The notes beneath the pieces were generated by a model that did not search any database, had not been told where the DNA came from, and was given only the letters and a program-made list of their open reading frames with translations. The position numbers and the translations under genes were made by a program. From sequence record NC_004684.1: a stretch of 32,000 nt of DNA, one strand, 5' to 3'. This document shows positions 25,576 to 31,967 of the stretch, piece by piece. Each line of letters begins with the position of its first letter. Positions within the stretch are counted from its first letter, which is position 1. The DNA is from Mycobacterium phage Rosebush.

Positions 25576-25836
25576 ATGGTTACCATGAGCGGACAACCAC
25601 GAACTCGCGCCGCTGGCCGCCGTGGCCCGGTGGCCGGGGGTCCAGGCACCAAGGCGGTGCTGATCAAAGGCGTAACTCCGGAGTTGCACAAGCGATTTCG
25701 GCTGGCGTGCGTGGAGGAGGGCCTGGCGGCGCACCAGCTGCTGGACCTACTTTTGGACCAGCGCGACAGCCGTATCCGGCGACGTTTGGCGCAGATGCGC
25801 TCCCCGTTGCACCGGCCCGCAGAGGACGACGAATGA
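25576..25836 (+). CDS. Ribbon-helix-helix (CopG/ParG-like) DNA-binding protein
   Basis: TKAVLIKGVTPELHKRFRLACVEEGLAAHQLLDLLLDQRDSRIRRRL pattern (beta strand followed by two helices). Confidence 0.65.
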   Translation: MVTMSGQPRTRAAGRRGPVAGGPGTKAVLIKGVTPELHKRFRLACVEEGLAAHQLLDLLLDQRDSRIRRRLAQMRSPLHRPAEDDE

Positions 25837-25867
25837 GCCTTCGATGGCGGCGTGACCGGGTGGTCCG

Positions 25868-26209
25868 GTGAGCGCGTGCGAGCACGGGGTGCCGGTGAGC
25901 GGGTACTGCGTGCAGTGCGACGTCGACGCCAAGGTGGCCGGGGGCATGGACCTGCCCGATGGCCTGTTACCGCCGGAGCTGGTGGCCAAGGTGGACCGGG
26001 GCGAGGCCGACGCCGACGCCGCGCTCCAGCGGGTCATCGGCGTCTACGGCGAACACATCGCGCGCGGCAAGTCGCGCACCACCACGCTGCTGGCCACCAC
26101 CGTGGGCCTGGAGGCCGCCGTCAAGGCGCAAGGCGTGGAGGTGCTGTGCGGCATGCTGGCGGTGGCGGTGGCACGGTTGTACGACGTACGGGAGGCCAAG
26201 AAACGATGA
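25868..26209 (+). CDS. Small Cys-pair protein
   Basis: MSACEHGVPVSGYCVQCDVDAKVAGGMDLPDGLLPPELVAKVDRGEADADAALQRV...; ATGA overlap with next gene. Confidence 0.7.
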   Translation: MSACEHGVPVSGYCVQCDVDAKVAGGMDLPDGLLPPELVAKVDRGEADADAALQRVIGVYGEHIARGKSRTTTLLATTVGLEAAVKAQGVEVLCGMLAVAVARLYDVREAKKR

Positions 26210-26859
26210 GCGTGGCCCTGGCCGACGACGGCGACGACGGCGGCGCTATCGAGCGCCCGGTGGATGAGACGCTGTGGGAGCGGCGCATGCAGGCGGTCAG
26301 CCTGCGCAACGCCGGGATGACCTTCTCCGAGATCGCGCGCATCCAAGGCATCAGCCCGGCCCTGGCGCGCCGGGACGTGGAGACCGCGCTGCGCGAGTTC
26401 ATGTCCGGGGAGATCGACCAGCTGATCGCCCGGCACCGCTCGGTGCTGATGGACATGCAGCGCGCCAACTACCGGGCCATGCTCTCGGGGTCCAAGGAGG
26501 CCGCCACCACGATCCTCAAAGGCCTGGAGCACGAGGCCAAACTGCTCGGCCTGTACGCGCCGACCCGGGTGGTCACCGGCGTCGGTGAGGTCGAGTTCTC
26601 CGAGCGTTTCGTCCAACTGGTCAACGCCATCTCCCCCGACACCCTCAAGGAGCTACTTCGTGGAGCACAACACACCGGCGAACCCCGACAGCAACCCGTC
26701 GACGCCGAAGTCGTCCCTGACCCCGTGGCAGAAACGCCTGGCGGTGCTGGCGCAGAAGCTGGGCCCGGGGGTGAAGCTGGCGGTGCTGATGCCGCGCCAG
26801 CACGGGAACCGGCACCAGACCACGGTGGTGACGACGCCGACGGCTGGTCCAACCTGTGA
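26206..26859 (+). CDS. HTH protein (terminase-small-subunit-like or regulator)
   Basis: WERRMQAVSLRNAGMTFSEIARIQGISPALARRDVETALREFMSGEIDQLIARHRSVLMDMQRANYRAMLSGSKEAATTILKGLEHEAKLLGL. Confidence 0.65.
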   Translation: MSVALADDGDDGGAIERPVDETLWERRMQAVSLRNAGMTFSEIARIQGISPALARRDVETALREFMSGEIDQLIARHRSVLMDMQRANYRAMLSGSKEAATTILKGLEHEAKLLGLYAPTRVVTGVGEVEFSERFVQLVNAISPDTLKELLRGAQHTGEPRQQPVDAEVVPDPVAETPGGAGAEAGPGGEAGGADAAPAREPAPDHGGDDADGWSNL

Positions 26860-26860
26860 G

Positions 26861-27394
26861 ATGCCGTCGGTGACGGACGTGGCCATCGACCACGACCACC
26901 TGGCGCAGCTGGTGGAGCACCACGAGGTCAGCGCACCCTGGCACCCGCACCTTGGCGAGGAGGCCAAGGCCGCCATCGTGTCCTCCTGCCTGGAGCGCGC
27001 CCGGGACTGGTGCACGGCGCACAGCGTGGAGGCCAACCTGTGCCAGTTCGAGCGCGTCACCGCCGGGGACGAGCGCGCCATCGGGGTGCGCTGGTCGGTC
27101 ACGGTGGGCCACGGCACCAGCGCGGTGGCAGGCACCACCTGGAACGAGGTGGCCGCCCGCATGCACTGGACCTGGAGCGACCGCTGGCAGCACTGGCGCG
27201 GCTGGTTCGCCTCCATGGCGGCGGTGGCCGACGCGCACGCTCGGGCGCAGGCGGGCCTGGAAGGCGGCGGCGCGATGGTGCTCAGCCTGCCGGACAAACG
27301 CCCCACCTGGGCGGGCGGCACCGTCGGCCCGCACAGCTCGGCCTGTGACGGCGAGCCGCACCCCGGCCAGCCCTGCCCGGTCGACTGGCCGTAG
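26861..27394 (+). CDS. Hypothetical protein (177 aa from ATG 26861; a longer form from GTG 26660 is possible)
   Basis: MPSVTDVAIDHDHLAQLVEHHEVSAPWHPHLGEEAKAAIVSSCLERARDWC...; tgagATG junction. Confidence 0.7.
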   Translation: MPSVTDVAIDHDHLAQLVEHHEVSAPWHPHLGEEAKAAIVSSCLERARDWCTAHSVEANLCQFERVTAGDERAIGVRWSVTVGHGTSAVAGTTWNEVAARMHWTWSDRWQHWRGWFASMAAVADAHARAQAGLEGGGAMVLSLPDKRPTWAGGTVGPHSSACDGEPHPGQPCPVDWP

Positions 27395-27405
27395 GCCACA
27401 CAGAC

Positions 27406-27437
27406 AAAAGACCCCGCCGGTGAGGGCGGGGTCTTTT
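27406..27437 (+). terminator. Rho-independent terminator
   Basis: aaaagaccccgcc-ggtgag-ggcggggtctttt, perfect 13-bp stem ending in tttt, immediately after gene end 27394. Confidence 0.9.
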
Positions 27438-27477
27438 GCGCGGTTACCAGTCGCTATCCAGGCGGCCAGCGTATCAC

Positions 27478-27506
27478 TCGACCGGTGTGCACGGCGGCGT
27501 TAGGAT
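27478..27506 (+). promoter_or_regulatory. Candidate leaderless promoter
   Basis: TCGACC (27478-27483)-N17-TAGGAT (27501-27506), 7 nt before ATG 27514, just after the terminator. Confidence 0.5.
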
Positions 27507-27513
27507 CGGGCGC

Positions 27514-27819
27514 ATGTCTCCCGACAAACTGCCGGTCCTGCCCACCGTCGACAAGCGCCGCACGCAGGTGCCTGCGCCGGATCCCGAGGCGGTGGCCCGC
27601 CTCCAGAGCGCGACCGCCGAGCTGCGCCGGTTGGCCGACATCGCCCGCAACCTACCGACGGTGGTGACCGTGCACGAGCGGTACGGCCAGCCACCCGGTG
27701 ACCTCGCGTACACCCCGATTGAGGCCTGGACCCCACAGCAGGTGGCCATCGGCCAGGCATGGCTGCGCAACGAGATGGCCAAGGACTGGTGGCACGCCCA
27801 GGCGGCAGCTGCGCAGTGA
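27514..27819 (+). CDS. Hypothetical protein
   Basis: MSPDKLPVLPTVDKRRTQVPAPDPEAVARLQSATAELRRLADIARNLP...; GTGA overlap with next gene. Confidence 0.75.
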   Translation: MSPDKLPVLPTVDKRRTQVPAPDPEAVARLQSATAELRRLADIARNLPTVVTVHERYGQPPGDLAYTPIEAWTPQQVAIGQAWLRNEMAKDWWHAQAAAAQ

Positions 27820-28529
27820 GCGGTCAGGCGGTCTACGACACCGACACCGACTGGGCCAAGACCTGGGAACCCGACCACGGCCTGGTCCCGGCGGTGCTGG
27901 CCGCCGGTACCCGCCCGATTGCCAGCGTCCCGGCACGCCAGGACCGGTGCTGGCTGGTGGCCGGGCTGAAGGTGGCCGGGCTGACCGCCGATGACATTGC
28001 CGACCGCCTGCGGTGCTCGCTGCGGCTGGTGCGCACGCTGCTGGCCGAGGACATGACCAAGGTGTGCCTGGCGTACTTCGCCGAGGCCGACCATTTCGCC
28101 GATGAGCTGCGTCTGGTGCGCCACGAGCTGACCGTGCGCACCGTGCAGCTCGACCGGGAGCGCGCCGAGCATGGCCGGGTCCGCGAACAACGCGACCGGC
28201 TGATCGACATGGCGATCACCGGGGAGCCGGTGCGACTGTGCCGCCACCAGCACCTGCTGGACAAGTACAACACCTACGTCCATCCGCGCACCGGCAAGGT
28301 CAGTTGCCGCACCTGCCGCGCCGAGGCGGTCGAACGGTACCGGTCGAAACTGTCATCACCTGGTGATGACAGCTCACCGGCGACGCCGGGTCATGGCGCG
28401 CCCGGTGGCCCTGCTGGCGTTGCCGCGCCGGTTGCCGCCCCGCACGGCACCGCGCGTGGAGGCCTTGGCCCGGCCGCCGGAACCCCGCCGGTTGCCTCCG
28501 GCCCCGTGCCGGACCCGACTGCCCGCTGA
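27816..28529 (+). CDS. HTH protein with C-terminal Cys/His motif
   Basis: GLTADDIADRLRCSLRLVRTLLAEDM (HTH-like) and LCRHQHLLDKYNTYVHPRTGKVSCRTCRAEAVERY. Confidence 0.75.
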   Translation: MSGQAVYDTDTDWAKTWEPDHGLVPAVLAAGTRPIASVPARQDRCWLVAGLKVAGLTADDIADRLRCSLRLVRTLLAEDMTKVCLAYFAEADHFADELRLVRHELTVRTVQLDRERAEHGRVREQRDRLIDMAITGEPVRLCRHQHLLDKYNTYVHPRTGKVSCRTCRAEAVERYRSKLSSPGDDSSPATPGHGAPGGPAGVAAPVAAPHGTARGGLGPAAGTPPVASGPVPDPTAR

Positions 28530-28739
28530 GGCCAGCGCGAACTTGCCGCGCCCGCCCTTCTTGCCGCGCCGACTGCGGTCCAGCGTGCCGTTGGCGGCGG
28601 CGTTGGAGATGCGAGCGGCCTTCTCCTTGCTGTAGCCCTTGCGCCGCAGCGCCTCGTACATGCGCGGTGCTTTGATCGACGGCCCGTGGCGGCTGGTGCC
28701 GCGCTGGGCCTCTATCCGTGGCTTGCTCATGGTGGCCAT
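28374..28739 (-). CDS. Small basic phage protein with (R)YEALRRKGYSKEKAARISNA motif
   Basis: MSKPRIEAQRGTSRHGPSIKAPRMYEALRRKGYSKEKAARISNAAANG; widespread phage small-protein motif; basic low-complexity tail. Confidence 0.7.
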   Translation of the reverse strand: MATMSKPRIEAQRGTSRHGPSIKAPRMYEALRRKGYSKEKAARISNAAANGTLDRSRRGKKGGRGKFALASAGSRVRHGAGGNRRGSGGRAKASTRGAVRGGNRRGNASRATGRAMTRRRR

Positions 28740-28759
28740 GTTCCCCGTCGACCGTGCGG

Positions 28760-29062
28760 CTAACAGACCTCACGCACGGCCACAGGCACCTGGCCGCACC
28801 GGGCACGCATGATCGCGTTGCCCTGGCGGTGGCTGCACTGCGCACAGTGTGGGGCCAGGTTGTCCCGGCGGTAGGTGCCGCCTCGGATGTCCGGGATGAT
28901 GCGGTCGGCGCACAGGTCCACCTCGTCCGGCCCGCACAGCACGCCACAATCCCAGCACGGCACCGTCTCGCCGTCCCCGCCCCACCCCGCCTCCGGGGAC
29001 AACAGCCAGGCCTTGCGCCGGGCCCTGTCCGCCGAGCTGCCGCGCTGGTTACCGTTCGGCAT
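28760..29062 (-). CDS. HNH endonuclease
   Basis: VPCWDCGVLCGPDEVDLCADRIIPDIRGGTYRRDNLAPHCAQCSHRQG: CxxC...DRIxP..GGTYRRDNLxPxCxxCxxxQG. Confidence 0.85.
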   Translation of the reverse strand: MPNGNQRGSSADRARRKAWLLSPEAGWGGDGETVPCWDCGVLCGPDEVDLCADRIIPDIRGGTYRRDNLAPHCAQCSHRQGNAIMRARCGQVPVAVREVC

Positions 29063-29153
29063 CGCCGGACTGCGCCAGTTCCTGGCGTTTGAGGTCGATG
29101 CCGATGGCCGATCCTTGCAGAAAGGCCAGGGCCAGGGTCAGCCAGTAGCTCAT
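29049..29153 (-). CDS. 34-aa hydrophobic small protein
   Basis: MSYWLTLALAFLQGSAIGIDLKRQELAQSGDAER; 4-nt ATGA overlap with the upstream gene stop. Confidence 0.45.
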   Translation of the reverse strand: MSYWLTLALAFLQGSAIGIDLKRQELAQSGDAER

Positions 29154-29374
29154 TGCTCCTCCAGTTCGATGCCGTGGTAGCGCCGCAGGTCGCGGCGCAC
29201 GTGGCGGGACTGCATGTTGTCGGCGCTGGTGCCTGCGAAGGTGAGCAGGTAGCGCTCGCCGTCGTAGACCTTCCAGTGACCGTTTCCGCCGAGCGTGACC
29301 CGCAGACCCGCACGCTCCAACTGCCGTTTGAGCTTGCGGGTCTGCTTGTCGGCAGGCCGTTGCCCCTTGCTCAC
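29150..29374 (-). CDS. HicA-like small protein (dsRBD-like fold)
   Basis: VSKGQRPADKQTRKLKRQLERAGLRVTLGGNGHWKVYDGERYLLTFAGTSADNMQSRHVRRDLRRYHGIELEEQ; G-GHWKV and terminal RRDLRR pattern. Confidence 0.6.
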   Translation of the reverse strand: MSKGQRPADKQTRKLKRQLERAGLRVTLGGNGHWKVYDGERYLLTFAGTSADNMQSRHVRRDLRRYHGIELEEQ

Positions 29375-29886
29375 GGGCGCTCCTCGATTGGCCACTCGGC
29401 CACGACCCGGCCGTTGGTGTTGAACACGCGCACGGTGTCCTGGAACCGCCCGGCGGCACAGTCGCTGCACTTGCAGGTGTTGCGCACGTGCCGCCTGGCG
29501 GCCTTGCCCACCGGTGTGCGCCGGTCGGCGGCGATGTCCACCACCTGCGCGGCCAGCGGCCCCAACGGAGCACCGGGCGCGTCGTAGGCCTGCGCACAGG
29601 TCCTGCACCGCCAGCGCGCGCCGTTGTCGCACCAGCGCATGTCCATCAGCCGCACCACCCGGTCACATCCCGCGCACCAATGCTCGACCACGGTGGGGGT
29701 CGGCCCGGTCAGGTCCCCCATGCGCGCCAGTCGCGCATTGACCCTTTCCTGCGCCGAGCTGCGCGGGGTGCGGGTGCGCATCCTGCGATCCACGACGTAG
29801 GCCGCCGACCCGGTCACCACGCCCGCCACGGCGAGCTGGCTCTCGACCGGCCAGGAGGCGAACACCGCCAGCATGTCGCTCAGCAT
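29371..29886 (-). CDS. Membrane-anchored protein with zinc-ribbon motifs
   Basis: N-terminal hydrophobic segment; HWCAGCDRVVRLMDMRWCDNGARWRCRTCAQAYD and NTCKCSDCAAGR. Confidence 0.7.
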   Translation of the reverse strand: MLSDMLAVFASWPVESQLAVAGVVTGSAAYVVDRRMRTRTPRSSAQERVNARLARMGDLTGPTPTVVEHWCAGCDRVVRLMDMRWCDNGARWRCRTCAQAYDAPGAPLGPLAAQVVDIAADRRTPVGKAARRHVRNTCKCSDCAAGRFQDTVRVFNTNGRVVAEWPIEERP

Positions 29887-30158
29887 GGCGCGGTGCCGGT
29901 GTAGGCGAACCAGAACGCCGCCACGGCGGCCAGGTCGGTGCCGGGCAGGTCCACCCCGATGCGGCGGCGCACGAACCGGCCCTTGTCAGCGTCGGTGTCC
30001 GGCCCCACGTGCGCGTTGTGCTGGCGGCGCTCGTGCCGCACCCGGACCTTGCCGCACGCGCCGCAGTATTGGACGGCGCAGGCGGGGGGTCTCGTCTCCA
30101 GCATCTGCCAGGCCTCGCACTCGTGGCGCGCGGCCCGGCGGCCCGTGCGGGCCTTCAC
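29880..30158 (-). CDS. Small Cys-containing protein
   Basis: GTG start overlapping upstream stop; VKARTGRRAARHECEAWQMLETRPPACAVQYCGACGKVRVRHERRQHNAHVGPDTDADK... Confidence 0.6.
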   Translation of the reverse strand: MKARTGRRAARHECEAWQMLETRPPACAVQYCGACGKVRVRHERRQHNAHVGPDTDADKGRFVRRRIGVDLPGTDLAAVAAFWFAYTGTAPC

Positions 30159-30463
30159 CGGGCCACCCCGAAGTTCTCCGGAACGAAGGTGTGACCGGGT
30201 CGCGCACCTTGCTCCTGGTGCACCGGGCACACCTCCACGCGCTCCCAGACGCGGCCTGGCAGGATGTGCTGATCGGCGTTGGCCTCGGCGTTGTAGGTGC
30301 ACCCGCAGGCGGTGGCCACCTTCCGGGTGTACCTCGGCGGTGGCGGTTGCGTGGCCCGGTCCTCGGCGGCCTCCAGGGCCTCGGCAATGCGTTCGAGCGC
30401 GATCACCGCGCGTTCGGCCAGCGGTGCCAGGTCGGTCAGGTTGGGCATGCCGGGGAGCTTCAT
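30155..30463 (-). CDS. Hypothetical protein
   Basis: MKLPGMPNLTDLAPLAERAVIALERIAEALEAAEDRATQPPPPRYTRKVATACGCTYNAEANADQH...; overlaps neighbours by 4 nt. Confidence 0.7.
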   Translation of the reverse strand: MKLPGMPNLTDLAPLAERAVIALERIAEALEAAEDRATQPPPPRYTRKVATACGCTYNAEANADQHILPGRVWERVEVCPVHQEQGARPGHTFVPENFGVAR

Positions 30464-30771
30464 GCGTAGAACACTCCGTCCTTGCCTCGGTACACCTGGA
30501 ACGACTCGCCGGGTTCGACCTCGGCCAGCATGCCGGGCAGTTCCTCGGGCAACACCGGGTGCAGGACGGTGACCAGCATGATCGACCGCAGGCTGATCTC
30601 GCCGCGCCCGGTGCCGTCGACACCCTCGAACTCGACCAGCTGGTATGTCTCCACGCCGCGCACGGTGCGCAGGCCGGTCACCCGGCGCACGTCGCCCATG
30701 CGCAGGGTCGAGGGGGCAGGTGCCAGGATGTCGCCTACCTCCAGCTTGGAGGCGTCGGTGATCACGGCCAT
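30460..30771 (-). CDS. Hypothetical protein
   Basis: MAVITDASKLEVGDILAPAPSTLRMGDVRRVTGLRTVRGVETYQLVEFEGVDGTG...; GAAAGGAA upstream. Confidence 0.75.
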   Translation of the reverse strand: MAVITDASKLEVGDILAPAPSTLRMGDVRRVTGLRTVRGVETYQLVEFEGVDGTGRGEISLRSIMLVTVLHPVLPEELPGMLAEVEPGESFQVYRGKDGVFYA

Positions 30772-30833
30772 GGTGGTGTGTTCCTTTCGGGGAGAGGTGC
30801 CCGGCGACCGGGTGGCCGCCGGGTGGGGGTTGG

Positions 30834-31079
30834 TCAGGACTTGAAGATGGCGACCAGGAACTCGCCTCGGTGCGTGGCGTACCAGGTGCCGGACACGGAC
30901 TCACCGTCGATGTCCACGGCGGCGATGTCGGCCGGGAGCGCGATGCGCACCTCCTCGGCCTCCAGTTCATCGACCATCTCGGCCACGGCGTCGCACGCCT
31001 CGGCCAGTTCGACATGCGTGCTGTACACCTCGTGGCTGGTGGCGTCGGCCTCGGTGGTGATGACGGTGTAGAGACTCAC
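30834..31079 (-). CDS. Small hypothetical protein
   Basis: MSLYTVITTEADATSHEVYSTHVELAEACDAVAEMVDELEAEEVRIALPADIAAVDIDGESVSGTWYATHRGEFLVAIFKS; preceded by cassette C. Confidence 0.75.
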   Translation of the reverse strand: MSLYTVITTEADATSHEVYSTHVELAEACDAVAEMVDELEAEEVRIALPADIAAVDIDGESVSGTWYATHRGEFLVAIFKS

Positions 31080-31082
31080 GGG

Positions 31083-31150
31083 GTTCCTTTCCTGGCGGGT
31101 GCGTCCCGCCGTACAGGTTCAACAATACGGGCCGGTGGCGGCATTGTCTC
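31083..31150 (-). promoter_or_regulatory. Operator/promoter cassette C plus hairpin leader
   Basis: Minus strand GAGACA-N17-TATTGT; inverted repeat aacaatac(31121-31128)-N12-gcattgtc(31141-31148); hairpin ggcggg-tgcgt-cccgcc 31094..31110. Confidence 0.65.
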
Positions 31151-31176
31151 CGCAACGCCGCCACCGGTCGACGCGG

Positions 31177-31443
31177 CTACAGTTCGCCGCGCTCGTGCAT
31201 CCGGCCCAGCGACTGGGTGTACTCGGTCAGCCACCCGGCCAGGTCGGCGGGGTTGGTGGCCTCGGCGTACACCTGGCCGTTCGCGTCGGCGATCAGCCAC
31301 ACCTCGCCATTGAACAGCAGGGCCATGGCGGCGGTGTCGGGATTCGACAGCTGCGCCGGGTCGATTTCCGGCAGCACCGCCGCCGGGCCGCCGCCCTCGG
31401 CGGCGTAGGTGGCGGCCAGGTGAATGGTGGTGGCGTTCGACAT
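31177..31443 (-). CDS. Small hypothetical protein
   Basis: MSNATTIHLAATYAAEGGGPAAVLPEIDPAQLSNPDTAAMALLFNGEVWLIADANGQVYAEATNPADLAGWLTEYTQSLGRMHERGEL; preceded by cassette B. Confidence 0.75.
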   Translation of the reverse strand: MSNATTIHLAATYAAEGGGPAAVLPEIDPAQLSNPDTAAMALLFNGEVWLIADANGQVYAEATNPADLAGWLTEYTQSLGRMHERGEL

Positions 31444-31449
31444 GGTGTG

Positions 31450-31519
31450 TCCTTTCTCAGGTGGCGGGTCCGTCCCGCCGTACATGCACCACAATACGGG
31501 ACACCGGCGGCATTGTCTC
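31450..31519 (-). promoter_or_regulatory. Operator/promoter cassette B plus hairpin leader
   Basis: Minus strand GAGACA-N17-TATTGT; inverted repeat cacaatac(31490-31497)-N12-gcattgtc(31510-31517); hairpin ggcggg-tccgt-cccgcc 31463..31479. Confidence 0.65.
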
Positions 31520-31541
31520 GCCGCCGGTGCTCGCGTGCCAC

Positions 31542-31967
31542 CTAGTCGATGTCGCCGCGCAGGCGGCGGCGCTCGATGCGCGCCAGCAGTGACGTGCAGG
31601 CGCTGGCGTGCCGCTGGTTGGTCCGGGTGCGGCAGCACTCGCGCAGCTGGGACGCCTCGGTGGTCGAGGCGTCCCGCCCGCACACCACGCACTTGGGCCA
31701 GTCGAACCCCCCGGAGGTGTCGGCGAAGTAGCAGGTGTGCGCCTGCACGCCATTGGCGTCGGTGCCGTGGGCAGGCCGGGCCCCGGCCACCTCCGACCAC
31801 GGCTGAGGCAGGAATCCGCCACGGGCGAACCAGGCGTCCAGCTCCAGCACCATGCGCGCCAGCTCGGCCCCGTCGGCAGGCGGGTCGCCTTGCAGGCGGT
31901 TTTCGTCCTCGCGCAGCACGTTCTGCGCCTCATCCACCAGCTGCGCCACCAGGGCGTCAGGATCCAT
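31542..31967 (-). CDS. Hypothetical Cys-containing protein
   Basis: MDPDALVAQLVDEAQNVLREDENRLQGDPPADGAELARMVLELDAWFARGG...WPKCVVCGRDAS...; gaggtgg RBS-like upstream. Confidence 0.7.
   Translation of the reverse strand: MDPDALVAQLVDEAQNVLREDENRLQGDPPADGAELARMVLELDAWFARGGFLPQPWSEVAGARPAHGTDANGVQAHTCYFADTSGGFDWPKCVVCGRDASTTEASQLRECCRTRTNQRHASACTSLLARIERRRLRGDID

Noticed and set aside
28300-29313. Long minus-strand ORF over the HNH region
   Set aside because: Out of frame with the recognisable HNH domain and YSKEKAARISNA motif; Ser/Arg/Thr-rich composition.
29150-29374. Full toxin-antitoxin or defence operon around the HicA-like gene
   Set aside because: No HicB-like or other recognisable antitoxin adjacent; only the weak fold-level resemblance remains.
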